Below are positions 13,020-23,479 of a stretch of DNA of 60,251 nucleotides, piece by piece. Position 1 is the stretch's first letter, and each line of letters starts with the position of its first letter. Under the pieces are notes generated by a model, which was not told where the DNA came from, made no database searches, and saw only the letters and a program-made list of their open reading frames with translations. A program made the translations under genes and the position numbers. The stretch comes from a virus. Taxonomy: Duplodnaviria > Caudoviricetes. The DNA is taken from positions 1-60,251 of IMG/VR virus record IMGVR_UViG_3300042478_002844; one strand, given 5' to 3'.

Positions 13020-14842
13020 GACAATATCATAACCTCTTTTCTGTCTCCGATAACTTCTCTTGAATCATTTAGTATATAAGTAAATTTTACCCATACTTTA
13101 TTCCCCATACTTTTATTTTTTATAAAAGTTCTATTTATAAATCTAATTTTTCTGTCTTTTAATGAGCTAAATATTCCTTGAGCAGGATATGGCTTCATTG
13201 ATTTGTCAAAATCTTCGAATCTCCAATTGTCTGTATCATTATAAGAATAAGAAGTTATAATTGGTTCTTCATCATCATAGTCTTCATAAACTTCTGCTTT
13301 TACTTGAAAATATCCTGTTCCTACATTCTGATCTGGCAGATATGTATCTATCAAAAACATTCCATTTGTTTCAATGTTTGATGGATTTATTTCTTCATAA
13401 ATTTGAGCATTATTTAAGTTTGCATTTACAAATGCGTTTGTCAGTTTGAAATCTATTTCATTTATAGATCTTAAAAAATTTGGAATAGTTTGAGTAATTT
13501 TATCAAAATATGCCACTTCTATATATTTTTTCCATCCTGACAATGCAGGGTCTATTAAAGCTCTAAGAGTAGCGATATTATTTCCAGTTAAAGCAGATCC
13601 GTAATTTTTAATTGCCCACAATTTATCATTTAGTCCAGAATATGTTCCTGCTCTACTTATTAATCTGTTTGATGCCACTGCTCTATTATTAATCAGAGCA
13701 CCTGCTTCGCTCAATTTGTAATGTATCTCTGACCATCCGTCACTTGTAGATATTTTTTCAGGAACTGCCACCGCTCCAGTTACATCTGCAGTCATCATTG
13801 GATCTGCAAAATAAGTCATAGGACAGCATAGTATGGGCGATGCATAATACATTGCTTCTAGTATGGTTGCACCTTGAGATATTGATTGAAAGAATGGCTC
13901 GGGTCTTATCCAGCATGAAACAGATGATTCTCCAACTAAATCGTATGGATCTGCAGAATAAGGATTTATATCCATAACAGAATCAAATTTACTCATCATT
14001 CCTGCAGCAGACACATATCCAGAATTTAGTGCAGCAATAGCTGGACCAAATTCATTGTTAGATCTAAAACTTATAAAAGAGTCTTCATCTGCATTAAAAA
14101 AGAAAACTCTGTTTGCTCTATTTGTATTTCTAAAATAGCTTTGAGTTAAATTTTGAAGTCCAGCTGACCAGAAAAAAGAGTCATTGTTTGCAAATCCAAA
14201 ATCACTTCTCAAATCATCTATTGGCTCTGATGTAGTAAAATATTTAGATATGTACTTAGATATAAATTTTTCTTCAAACTCTTGCAATTCAGCAGCATAC
14301 ACATCATATGAGAAGTCTTCTTTTAAGCTCCATCTATCAAAATACAAAGAACCATCAACGGTTATACCATTTCTGTAAATTGAAAAATCAGATATCTTCT
14401 TTCTCATCAGAGTAAAATTTGGCATGTCATGTTGACATGTAGGAAAAACTCCAAAATTATACATTTGAGATGTTTTAGTGTTTTTTCTATAAGCAGGGTT
14501 GTATACGGGAGATCCTTCAGAAAGAAACATAGAAGAAACAGCCGAGCAAGACGATATGACTCCATATTCAGATCTATATCCAGATGGAATTCTGTATCCA
14601 AGAACGCATCCTTGTACTAATTCGCCAAATCCACCTAATTCTTCGATCTTAGCTCTTAGTGGATTTAAAATCTGATCTTCAAACGCTATCCTATCATTTA
14701 AAATGCTCGTAGTAAAAGTATCGACCCCCAACATATTGGAGGTCGGCACTTGTCTCATGTATGCAAATTCTTGAGCCAGATTTACACTGTCTTCATCTCC
14801 AGAATTGTATACATAAATGATGTTAGATGACTTTAAACTCAT
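13016..14842 (-). CDS. TIGR03790-like protein
   Basis: N-terminus NIIYVYNSGDEDSVNLAQEFAYMRQVP and late GATILEAMYYA..FADP resemble TIGR03790 family motifs (from recall). Confidence 0.55.
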   Translation of the reverse strand: MSLKSSNIIYVYNSGDEDSVNLAQEFAYMRQVPTSNMLGVDTFTTSILNDRIAFEDQILNPLRAKIEELGGFGELVQGCVLGYRIPSGYRSEYGVISSCSAVSSMFLSEGSPVYNPAYRKNTKTSQMYNFGVFPTCQHDMPNFTLMRKKISDFSIYRNGITVDGSLYFDRWSLKEDFSYDVYAAELQEFEEKFISKYISKYFTTSEPIDDLRSDFGFANNDSFFWSAGLQNLTQSYFRNTNRANRVFFFNADEDSFISFRSNNEFGPAIAALNSGYVSAAGMMSKFDSVMDINPYSADPYDLVGESSVSCWIRPEPFFQSISQGATILEAMYYASPILCCPMTYFADPMMTADVTGAVAVPEKISTSDGWSEIHYKLSEAGALINNRAVASNRLISRAGTYSGLNDKLWAIKNYGSALTGNNIATLRALIDPALSGWKKYIEVAYFDKITQTIPNFLRSINEIDFKLTNAFVNANLNNAQIYEEINPSNIETNGMFLIDTYLPDQNVGTGYFQVKAEVYEDYDDEEPIITSYSYNDTDNWRFEDFDKSMKPYPAQGIFSSLKDRKIRFINRTFIKNKSMGNKVWVKFTYILNDSREVIGDRKEVMILS

Positions 14843-15312
14843 GTAATACCAGAAGATCCAAATCCTCCAGTAGATCTAACAGTATTTGTATCCACAATAC
14901 CATCTACCATTTGGATATCTTCTCTTCTAGTAATTACAAGCTGAGCGATTCTGTCACCTTTCTTATAAAGAGTTAAAGAATTTACATCTTTTGCTTCTAT
15001 ATTTACGACGGGCCTAAATGCAACCTGTATTGAGCCCCTGTAGCCTTCATCTATAACTCCAACAGAATTTGACAAAAATAGGTCGTACTTTTTTATACTA
15101 GATCTTGGGTAAACAAAGCCACAATAGCCTGCTGGAAATTCTACTCTGATTCCAGTATCATAAATAACATTTACAACATAATCTTGTCCTGCAATTGTCC
15201 TAATCTCAAATACAGGTTCAGATGATGCCGTAAGATCCCATCCAGAATCATTATGATTTGCTTTCTTTAAATCTCTTGCATCTTGATTGATTTTTTCAAA
15301 ATTAATATTCAT
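14839..15312 (-). CDS. dut: dUTPase
   Basis: Motifs SGWDL, YPRSS, SVGVIDEGYRG, RIAQL, RSTGGFGSSG. Confidence 0.97.
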   Translation of the reverse strand: MNINFEKINQDARDLKKANHNDSGWDLTASSEPVFEIRTIAGQDYVVNVIYDTGIRVEFPAGYCGFVYPRSSIKKYDLFLSNSVGVIDEGYRGSIQVAFRPVVNIEAKDVNSLTLYKKGDRIAQLVITRREDIQMVDGIVDTNTVRSTGGFGSSGIT

Positions 15313-15325
15313 GCTAAAACCTTTC

Positions 15326-17875
15326 TTATCCACACTTTGACCATCCGCAAGACTTACATATAATGCAACCTTCTTGTCTCACAAGAGCGCATTTTTCTTG
15401 AGTCTTACAGCTTCCACAGGTTTCACCAGACACTTCTGTACCATCTGCTATGTACTTCTTCAAAGCACGTGATATGCTTTTTGAGAACCCATGCATTGAG
15501 CCCTCTACCTTTTCAAGCTGATGCACAATAAATTGTACATCAGCACCATGTCTTAATGCTGTAGAGATCATTCTTGTTAAGGCTGCTTCTTCTTCAGATA
15601 ATCTGTCTCCAATTTTCTTTATTGTCATTTTATTACCGTGCTTATCTTGTAGATCAGCTCGGTAGTGACCTCTTGCTTCTTTAGTAAGACTGCCTTCATT
15701 AAAGTTCTTTGTAATCAACATGTCTGACTCTTCTTCAGAAATATGATTCATACTAGCAAATACCTCATATGGCTTGCCTTTGAGCAACCCAACAATAACA
15801 AAATATGGACTATTCTTTACAGAGCAATGATGAATGTCGCAAGTTAAAGTTTCAGGTCTCTTAGGAGCTTTTGTGATTGTGATCTCATCATTTGTTTCCT
15901 TCTTCTTTGTTTCTGCTACAAGTACGCCCGTTCTGCAGCCATCTCTATAGATGGTAATTCCCTTGCATCCACTCTTCCATGCAGTTCTATAGATTTCATC
16001 TACTGCTTCTACAGAAACATCATTCGGCAGGTTAAGTGTGCTTGAGATTGCATGATCTAAGTGCTTTTGAGCAACAGACTGAAGATAAACTCTTTTTCTC
16101 CAGTCAAGCTCTGGGGCAGTTGATCCCTTCCACGGACTCTTGTTAAGATCCGTTTCTCCCGTAATATCCATCCACATTTTTACCTTAGGAGGATAGATCT
16201 TAAATTCCATCCAGTGATCCCCGTTTTGATCAACAAAGTCACTTCTAAAGCCACTATCTCCAGGATTTCCCTTTTTTCTTCTGATATAAGGTTCAACCAT
16301 AAATTGAGGCTCAATGCCACTAGAAGTCTGTGTTAAGATAGACACGGACCCAGCTGGTGCAGTTGTTAGTAACGCAATATTTCTGCGTCCATACTTTTGC
16401 ATATCTGCATATAGCTGTGGATCTTCATCCTTTATCCTATTTAAGAATGGATTATTCTTCTCTAGATCTGGATTCCATATTGGGAATGCTCCAATTTCCT
16501 TTGCCATATTTACGCTGCTTCTATAAGCAGAAAGCTTTAAATTTTTATAGATTTTCTCTACCATATCTATGCCCTTATCGCTTGTATAAGGCATATTGAG
16601 GGCAGCAAGAGTATCTCCAATCGCAGTAGCCCCTGTTCCAGTTCTGCGACCGTTTAGGGCAGCATTTCTGATATTATTCCAAAGTTTTATTTCTCTAGAC
16701 TTAACTTCTTTATTTTCTGGATCACTCTTAATCTTGTCTAGTATTCTGTCAATACATTCGATTTCAAGATCTACAAGATCATCCATGAGTCTCTGGCAAA
16801 TTTCTGAATCTTCATTAAACTTTTCAAAATTAAAGCTTGCTTTCTTAGTAAATGGATTTTCAACATATCCAAATGCGTTCAATAACATCAATCTGCAACT
16901 ATCGAATGCAGACAATGGTATCTCAGAGCACGGATTTGTACTAATAGTCTTAAATCCAAGATCTTCATAGCAATCGGCTGGACTTTCATTAATAATATTA
17001 TCCCAGAATAACAATCCTGGCTCTGCCATGTGATGTGCGTTTTCAACGATAACACTCCACACCGATCTTGCATTAACTTTCTTAGAAACAGATGGAGAAT
17101 CTGAATCTACTGGCCATCTCTGCTCATATTCCTCATCTGCATCAACTGCCTTTAAAAACTCGTCTGTGAGCCTAATTGATATATTTGCTCCAGTTACCTT
17201 TGTCAGATCCCTCTTTACTTTTGCGAATTCTAGTATGTCAGGATGATGAACGTTAAGAGTAATCATCAACGCTCCACGACGACCAGCCTGACCAACTTCT
17301 CTAATTGAATTGGAATAACGCTCAGCAAACGAAACAACTCCTGTGCTAGTTCTTGCGGCATTCTTGGTTGGTGCTCCAGCTGGTCTTAAGTGAGATATAT
17401 CAATACCCACTCCTCCACGTCGCTTGCTAATCTGTACAAGATTTTCATCCGCTTCCATAATAGAGCCGTATGCATCTAATGGAGAATCAACGACATAACA
17501 ATTGCTTAATGAAATAAACTGATGCTTGTTTCCAATGCCATACATTGGAGAACCCTGTGCGACAATTTTATTAAAACCTTTTAGTTTTTCATAGATAAAG
17601 TCTTCAGTCAGGGGGTTCTTAAACTTTTTCTTTTCAATTCTTGCAAACTCTTTTGCAATTCTTCTATGCATGTCATCTGGATCTTTTTCAACAATTTGTT
17701 GATTTTGATTCTGTAAAGCATATTTGTCAACAAACACTTTTGCAGCTAGTTCATCGCCATTAAAATACTTAGAACTAGCCTCGTTTGCTTCCACATAGCT
17801 ATATACTGATTGTTTGATCTCACTGACAGCATTTATAACACCTGTCTCAGAGACAGTTTGTGCATTTTTATCCAT
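15326..17875 (-). CDS. nrdJ: Class II (adenosylcobalamin-dependent) ribonucleotide reductase
   Basis: LSNCYV, TNPCSEIPL, TTAPAGSVS, CKGITIYRDG, KRPETL domain, C-terminal CKSCGWSKCG. Confidence 0.95.
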   Translation of the reverse strand: MDKNAQTVSETGVINAVSEIKQSVYSYVEANEASSKYFNGDELAAKVFVDKYALQNQNQQIVEKDPDDMHRRIAKEFARIEKKKFKNPLTEDFIYEKLKGFNKIVAQGSPMYGIGNKHQFISLSNCYVVDSPLDAYGSIMEADENLVQISKRRGGVGIDISHLRPAGAPTKNAARTSTGVVSFAERYSNSIREVGQAGRRGALMITLNVHHPDILEFAKVKRDLTKVTGANISIRLTDEFLKAVDADEEYEQRWPVDSDSPSVSKKVNARSVWSVIVENAHHMAEPGLLFWDNIINESPADCYEDLGFKTISTNPCSEIPLSAFDSCRLMLLNAFGYVENPFTKKASFNFEKFNEDSEICQRLMDDLVDLEIECIDRILDKIKSDPENKEVKSREIKLWNNIRNAALNGRRTGTGATAIGDTLAALNMPYTSDKGIDMVEKIYKNLKLSAYRSSVNMAKEIGAFPIWNPDLEKNNPFLNRIKDEDPQLYADMQKYGRRNIALLTTAPAGSVSILTQTSSGIEPQFMVEPYIRRKKGNPGDSGFRSDFVDQNGDHWMEFKIYPPKVKMWMDITGETDLNKSPWKGSTAPELDWRKRVYLQSVAQKHLDHAISSTLNLPNDVSVEAVDEIYRTAWKSGCKGITIYRDGCRTGVLVAETKKKETNDEITITKAPKRPETLTCDIHHCSVKNSPYFVIVGLLKGKPYEVFASMNHISEEESDMLITKNFNEGSLTKEARGHYRADLQDKHGNKMTIKKIGDRLSEEEAALTRMISTALRHGADVQFIVHQLEKVEGSMHGFSKSISRALKKYIADGTEVSGETCGSCKTQEKCALVRQEGCIICKSCGWSKCG

Positions 17876-17937
17876 AATGTTCTCCTTTTGATATTTGTCC
17901 TAACAATTACAACAAACTACTGATACTTCCTGTGACG

Positions 17938-18576
17938 TTAATTTTGCCCCAAAAGAAGCTTTTTATAAAAATCAATTCCTTTTGCGTGCATCCTAAATTT
18001 GTCGGCAATTACGTCAATCTCTGACGCAGATCCACTTACATTTATAACCTCTTCTGTGCTATATTCTGATAATATCCAATTGAGTCCATGTTGACATAAA
18101 GAAATGGTGTGTGGCTTCCAAGTTTTATTTATTCCAAAAAAGTCTGTGTTTATCCCGTCTGTTTTGCAATCCATTCCAATCATAAATATTGGATTACACC
18201 CCAATGCATATGCAAACTGTACAGCAAGAGGACCAGAACTACCACGACCATGCAATATAGACGGAGATTCTGCTCTCTTAAAGCCAGATCCTTTTATATC
18301 AAAATGATTAAAGCGCTTGAGTGGGTCTCCTTTTGGATGGCAAACTCTTATGCTTTTTGACATTAATAGTTTATTTTTTTCAGTCATCCATAATTCTTTG
18401 TCTTGCCAAAAAAGTATAGTAGGATCAAACTTAAAAAATGCTCTATTAATTCCAATGGTAAAAAAATTCCTTATAGAATTTATATTTATCTTGTTTAGTG
18501 ATGGACTATTTCCAACAACAAAACATGGATGACCAGAAAGTCTTCCTGCCCATTTAGAGATTAAATTATTGTTCAT
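17938..18576 (-). CDS. DUF115/MAF-like (glycosyltransferase-like) protein
   Basis: CFVVGNSPSL, TIGINR, SG..AVQFAYALGC..I.MIGMD. Confidence 0.7.
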   Translation of the reverse strand: MNNNLISKWAGRLSGHPCFVVGNSPSLNKININSIRNFFTIGINRAFFKFDPTILFWQDKELWMTEKNKLLMSKSIRVCHPKGDPLKRFNHFDIKGSGFKRAESPSILHGRGSSGPLAVQFAYALGCNPIFMIGMDCKTDGINTDFFGINKTWKPHTISLCQHGLNWILSEYSTEEVINVSGSASEIDVIADKFRMHAKGIDFYKKLLLGQN

Positions 18577-19144
18577 TATTTTTTATCTTAATAAAGTGTT
18601 TCCAAGAATCTGGTATCACAATATTTTCAGGCAAGTAATCAATGAGTCCCCATACTGGCTTAGAAGGATTACACATTGGTTTGTGATTTATTTCTTCTGG
18701 TGTTCTTGCGCCTTTTTTGTTATTAAAATTAAAACTAGTTACAACGCAATTGTCCCATTCCGTCTTTCCACCTCTTGATCTTGGCAATAAGTGATCTATT
18801 GTTGCATTATGTCTTTCTAATGGCTGTCCAGTATACTGGCATCGTAGTCCGTCTCTTTTAAGCAAGTTTTTTCTATTACAAGACGGATGTCTATAAAAAA
18901 CTCGCTCAAAAAACTTGGCTACGATAACTTCTGGCGCTGGCAAATAACCTCTAGTAGTCAGTATTCCTCCAGTATCTTCATCTGTTGCCATTTCCATCCA
19001 AGACTTTCCATCTACTAGCTGATAATCTGGCATTGTAATCATCAATGCTCTTTCGTTAAGCATTTTTGATATGCCGTGGTAAGCAGAACAAAAACTTACA
19101 GGCTTCCAGTGTTTGTTCAAAACTAAGCAAATTCTAGAATCCAT
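18566..19144 (-). CDS. HNH endonuclease (McrA-like)
   Basis: LVLN..W.P, RDGLRCQYTG, TIDHLLPRSRGG..EWDNCV, NNKKGARTPEE. Confidence 0.9.
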   Translation of the reverse strand: MDSRICLVLNKHWKPVSFCSAYHGISKMLNERALMITMPDYQLVDGKSWMEMATDEDTGGILTTRGYLPAPEVIVAKFFERVFYRHPSCNRKNLLKRDGLRCQYTGQPLERHNATIDHLLPRSRGGKTEWDNCVVTSFNFNNKKGARTPEEINHKPMCNPSKPVWGLIDYLPENIVIPDSWKHFIKIKNNEQ

Positions 19145-19146
19145 GT

Positions 19147-19971
19147 TTACCTCACAATTAATTCATCCTGTTCTTTAAAAATTTCCTTTAACTTTTTTAT
19201 TGCAGCTTCATGAACTGATGAGCTTCTACTTTCTTTAATCTGCAATATTTGAGCTGCTTCTTTTAAAGATCTACCTTCGTAATACACAAGATATATAAAT
19301 CTTGTTTCAATATCATTCAGTCCTGGAGCTATCTTGTTTGCAAAAAATTCTTTTCTTTCTAATTCTTCTATTTCACTAGGTCTTTTATCTACGTGCATGC
19401 TTGAAAAATCATCATCTTCATCTTCGAAAGGAAGTTTGTTTATAGAATATGACATTTTAATAATGCTATCGTCTATAATCTTCTGCTTTTCTGTTATAGA
19501 GCTTCCAGCAACTACTTCCATCATTTCTTCGTTTGTAGGAGTTCTTCCATGTTCTGCCATAAACTTCTCCCTCAGCTTCTCTACTTTAGAGTGCCGCTGA
19601 CGAGTTAGACGTGGAACCCAGTCTAATTTGCGCATTTCGTCATACATTGATCCGAATATTCTATACGTAGCAAAAGTTTCAAACTGTATGTCCTTATAAG
19701 GATCAAATTTGTCAATAGCATCTAGTAGGCCTATGCTTCCAAAGCCCTGCAAATCGTCTCTGTCTGTTTCTGGATATTTATGATGTAAAAGATCTGCCAG
19801 CTTAATTACAATAGGATAATTTAGCTCTGCTAATTTAGCTCTAACTTTTTTGTATGGCTCACTGTTTTGAAAATCTTTTACAGAACTTCTAAGCTCATCC
19901 AGTTGCTTCCACAATTCTGGATCTTGCTTAATTTTATTTTTTTTAGATCTTGTGTGTTTAAGTTTCTTCAT
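19147..19971 (-). CDS. FliA/WhiG-like RNA polymerase sigma factor
   Basis: GLLDAIDKFDP, FETFATYRI.G.M.DEMRKLDWVPR, region 3 GRTPTNEE, region 4 HTH SLKEAAQILQIKESR. Confidence 0.92.
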   Translation of the reverse strand: MKKLKHTRSKKNKIKQDPELWKQLDELRSSVKDFQNSEPYKKVRAKLAELNYPIVIKLADLLHHKYPETDRDDLQGFGSIGLLDAIDKFDPYKDIQFETFATYRIFGSMYDEMRKLDWVPRLTRQRHSKVEKLREKFMAEHGRTPTNEEMMEVVAGSSITEKQKIIDDSIIKMSYSINKLPFEDEDDDFSSMHVDKRPSEIEELERKEFFANKIAPGLNDIETRFIYLVYYEGRSLKEAAQILQIKESRSSSVHEAAIKKLKEIFKEQDELIVR

Positions 19972-19978
19972 TGACGAT

Positions 19979-20296
19979 TTATCCCTTTCTTGTGTCTAGT
20001 GTGTTTAGAAAATCAATTAAGTAAAATGATATTCCTGCTGCAGCAAATCCACTAATCGGCCATGTAAACGACTTAGAAATAGTAAAGTATAGAATGAGTT
20101 CACATATTAACGCTGTCCAAAAAGACATGCACACAGTGCACTCAAATACTTTAGACCAAGACTCTCCAAGTAAGAATCTCACTAGTCCCTGAGCGATTGT
20201 TTTTATTTTTTTAATTGGAAAGTCATCGCCCTTTTCTACAATAAGAGTAGCCATTCCAATACCACCAATGGTGGAAAGAGTAAAATGTTCTATCAT
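19979..20296 (-). CDS. Small membrane protein with CxxC (DUF1360-like)
   Basis: FECTVCMSFW and about 3 hydrophobic segments. Confidence 0.65.
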   Translation of the reverse strand: MIEHFTLSTIGGIGMATLIVEKGDDFPIKKIKTIAQGLVRFLLGESWSKVFECTVCMSFWTALICELILYFTISKSFTWPISGFAAAGISFYLIDFLNTLDTRKG

Positions 20297-20298
20297 AC

Positions 20299-20556
20299 TT
20301 AATATATATCCAGCAAGTATCTGTAACTGTCCAAATAGTTCACAATAGGGTCAAAACCTTTAATTGTTTTTAAGTTTACTATTTGTAAATAAATAAGTTC
20401 TTCATCTAGAATGAACTCATGACGTATTTTTAACGTATAGAGTTTTTGACTAATACCGTAGCCGTTTGAATCAAGGCCACCGTAAAAAATAACTTCCCTT
20501 TTTTGTTTTATGCTTGGGAAGATTGTTTCGAAAATTTTGATACGACCTTGTCCCAT
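20299..20556 (-). CDS. Hypothetical protein
   Basis: 85-aa ORF within the operon. Confidence 0.55.
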   Translation of the reverse strand: MGQGRIKIFETIFPSIKQKREVIFYGGLDSNGYGISQKLYTLKIRHEFILDEELIYLQIVNLKTIKGFDPIVNYLDSYRYLLDIY

Positions 20557-20843
20557 TTAGACCCTTTACGGTTTGTCTTGGAAACAGTGCTTAAGCACAT
20601 CTTGATCGTTTCTTTTTCAACACTTAAGAACATGGCTATTAGAGAAATAAAATATCCACGATTTTCTTTTTTAAGCAACTTTCCGTCTTGGTCGATATTC
20701 CAGGCCTGTATCTCGTCCCATATTCTTGCAGCATCTCCAGATATAGACTTTTTGGGATTAAGCCACGCAGCGTTGATTTGATCAACTATTTTTTCTGCAT
20801 CTTGCAAAAGGTCCATTTTGTTATCTGGGTTTGAATTAAACAT
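20508..20843 (-). CDS. Hypothetical protein
   Basis: GGAGG before ATG 20843. Confidence 0.65.
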   Translation of the reverse strand: MFNSNPDNKMDLLQDAEKIVDQINAAWLNPKKSISGDAARIWDEIQAWNIDQDGKLLKKENRGYFISLIAMFLSVEKETIKMCLSTVSKTNRKGSKWDKVVSKFSKQSSQA

Positions 20844-20884
20844 AATTACCTCCACAGTATATTATGCTTAATTGATAAAAAATC

Positions 20885-21730
20885 CTACTCTTTACTAAAA
20901 ACATGGATTTTTTCAGTAAAACTATCTTTTCTTCTTTTGCTCCAAGATTCTGGAAAAACAGGTTCACAACCTATCGATAGCATGTCTTTCAATACTTCTA
21001 TTTCTTCGTTTGTAAATTTGATAGAGTCTAGCTGCGAAGACTTCCAAATACTCATAATGTTTGGAGCAATTTCATTTATAATTTCAAATATAGCATCTGC
21101 AAAAACTCTTATTTCATACTGAGCGTGATGGTCCATTCGGAGTCTTAAAAATTTAAGTAAATTATGCAAATTCATAACCCAATACATTTCAGTATAAACA
21201 TTAACTGGAATTACCATTCTTGCAAGCTCTCTAGAAAGACCTTGTGATAAAAGCTCTTTATAAAGCTTATAGCTTTTCTCAGAATGATCTAATATCTGAT
21301 GAGATATTTGGTCTGCATTTGGAACAACTTCTTCTGAAGAGCTTTGCTTATTTGTAGCACTTTGAGTTGTTAGACGAGAAGGCTCCGGTATGTAAAAAAC
21401 GTCTTCCATCACTGAATATCTTGCAGAGTATTCATTAACGCTGGCTGTTCTGTGCCTTATCCATTGTCTAGCGACAAAAATAGGCATTTTAATATGAAAT
21501 TTAAGGGTTACTCCTTCAAATGGACTAGTATGATCATTTTCTAATAAGTATTTTACTAATCCAATATCTTCTCTAAATGATTTTGTTCCACTCCCGTAAC
21601 TTACTCTTGCCATTTGAACAATAGCGGTTTCAAATGAATTTTCTTCATTTGTTAATGGCATAGTATCAACAAGACGAACCAAGCCATGATCTAAAACTTT
21701 TCTTTCATACTTATTAGTCGATGAATCCAT
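20885..21730 (-). CDS. thyX: Flavin-dependent thymidylate synthase
   Basis: HTSPFE, ARQWIRHRTASVNEYSARY, RELAR, LRMDHHAQYEIR. Confidence 0.97.
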   Translation of the reverse strand: MDSSTNKYERKVLDHGLVRLVDTMPLTNEENSFETAIVQMARVSYGSGTKSFREDIGLVKYLLENDHTSPFEGVTLKFHIKMPIFVARQWIRHRTASVNEYSARYSVMEDVFYIPEPSRLTTQSATNKQSSSEEVVPNADQISHQILDHSEKSYKLYKELLSQGLSRELARMVIPVNVYTEMYWVMNLHNLLKFLRLRMDHHAQYEIRVFADAIFEIINEIAPNIMSIWKSSQLDSIKFTNEEIEVLKDMLSIGCEPVFPESWSKRRKDSFTEKIHVFSKE

Positions 21731-21741
21731 AACGCCTCCAA

Positions 21742-21770
21742 AAGGTTACATAGTACGTATTGGGTAAATA
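21742..21770 (+). promoter_or_regulatory. Putative phage promoter AAGG-N21-AATA
   Basis: Ends 5 nt before ATG 21776, so the mRNA may be leaderless. Confidence 0.5.
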
Positions 21771-21775
21771 TCCAT

Positions 21776-22213
21776 ATGGAACCTAAAAATGATATTAAAA
21801 CAAAACAAATTGTCAGGGATGCTCTTGGGAGAGTTATCTCTAGAGACCAGGACAGAGTTTATTTCGTCTCTTTTGATGGGGATGCCAACAACGTTAGTAA
21901 GTTTTTTAAGAATGCAGAAGATCAAATTAAAAAAACTGGCTTTATTAAACTATACAAAGAAAATCCACGGTCTAAAAATATAGTTAAAGTTCGTATAAAA
22001 CCGCAGGCAAAAATAGCTTGCATATCAATACCAAAGCATTTTTCTTTACTAAAACAAGTTCTTACATCTAATCCTGATGATAATTTAGTAAATCATGAGT
22101 GGAAGACAATTTTGTATTTGGGTTTTTCTGGCGTATTTAATCCGTCTGAAAATTTTATTAGAATCAACGACCTTAATAATATATCCTTTGTTGGTGCAGA
22201 ATTAAACGTATGA
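21776..22213 (+). CDS. Hypothetical protein
   Basis: 145-aa ORF, ATGA-coupled to the next gene. Confidence 0.7.
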   Translation: MEPKNDIKTKQIVRDALGRVISRDQDRVYFVSFDGDANNVSKFFKNAEDQIKKTGFIKLYKENPRSKNIVKVRIKPQAKIACISIPKHFSLLKQVLTSNPDDNLVNHEWKTILYLGFSGVFNPSENFIRINDLNNISFVGAELNV

Positions 22214-23475
22214 GTGGACTTTTAGGAAAAACTCCATCTGAGTCTTACGGTGATCTTCTCGTTGTAGGCGATACGTACAAGGGTTTGTCTGAGAAAATGG
22301 AGTTTATCACAGACGGCCTAGGCAACAATACTCCAATTGCTTGTTCTAAGCACAGTATAGACATCAATTGTGGCGGAGGGGTGGTAACATCATACAGATT
22401 TAATTCCATGTGCTATAAGTTTGATCTTATTCGTAGTTCATGGACAGATTATCACACAGTATATGTTGGACAACCTCCAGAAGTTGTTTTAATGACCTAT
22501 TATTCAGATCCTTATGTTTCAGAATCTTATAATGTTTCAGTTAGCTTACTTGCACCTATGGCTTCTGAAATGGTTAACTCTTTACCCGTATATGCTGAGA
22601 CAAGAATTTTATACACAAATGGTGGCGTAGACGCAAGTGTTGTTTTTTCATCCCCAAATGGTTATCCCATTTATGGTCTTACTTCTTATAGTAAGCCTAC
22701 CGGCTCAAGCGTGGATATACTAAAAATACAATTTTACAGTAATAATTTTGGATCAGACGGTGCTTTTTTTATATCATTAGAAAGTGAAGACTTTTTTAAA
22801 TCTGGCGGAGAAAGTCCTTTAACAAGACCAAAAGAACTTTGCATAAATTCTGTTAATCTTTACGAAGATTACGTGAGAACTGGGAAAGTAGAAAAAACTG
22901 CTGTTCCTCTTGCTAAGTCTGCTCCAGGTGGATCATACAGAGACTTACTCTACCTAAACAATAGTGGTAATGGAATACCAGAAAATACAAGTCCTATTCG
23001 AGATGGTGCTGGGAATATATCTTTAATTAGTCTTTCGGAAAGTGTTGTAGAAATTGACACTTCTGGAGGAACAATTAAAGACCCCATAATCGGTTCTTCT
23101 GCAATCTCTACTTTTGAGTTAAATATAAACGATTCCATAAGTACATATACTGTCTCAGAAAACATAAAAGATCATATTGTTTTAAAATATGATTCCTCAA
23201 CTTCTGACATAAAAGATTTTTACATTCATATTGATGTATCTAATGTTCCATATATTAATCCGTCAAATTCTTCCGAATCAAATATGTTCAAGTGTACATT
23301 AAGTGCCATATATGACACTTTCACAAACTTCAATATACATGTAAAGTTTTTCAATTCTAATAATGAATCTGAATATTTTACTACAATAATACCTGCAGGT
23401 TCTTCTTATTTTATGACAGTAAAAAAATATATTGTTATTTTTTCTTCCACTATAGAAGAAGTAATTTCTTATTAA
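22210..23475 (+). CDS. Probable virion structural protein with two SYxDLL..DGxGN modules
   Basis: Ser/Thr/Tyr-rich and beta-rich, with an internal repeated module. Confidence 0.6.
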   Translation: MSGLLGKTPSESYGDLLVVGDTYKGLSEKMEFITDGLGNNTPIACSKHSIDINCGGGVVTSYRFNSMCYKFDLIRSSWTDYHTVYVGQPPEVVLMTYYSDPYVSESYNVSVSLLAPMASEMVNSLPVYAETRILYTNGGVDASVVFSSPNGYPIYGLTSYSKPTGSSVDILKIQFYSNNFGSDGAFFISLESEDFFKSGGESPLTRPKELCINSVNLYEDYVRTGKVEKTAVPLAKSAPGGSYRDLLYLNNSGNGIPENTSPIRDGAGNISLISLSESVVEIDTSGGTIKDPIIGSSAISTFELNINDSISTYTVSENIKDHIVLKYDSSTSDIKDFYIHIDVSNVPYINPSNSSESNMFKCTLSAIYDTFTNFNIHVKFFNSNNESEYFTTIIPAGSSYFMTVKKYIVIFSSTIEEVISY

Positions 23476-23479
23476 AAAT

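Noticed and set aside
15326-19144. Intein or intron in nrdJ, or intron-encoded HNH
   Set aside because: NrdJ is continuous and of normal length. The HNH gene is free-standing and coupled to its neighbours.
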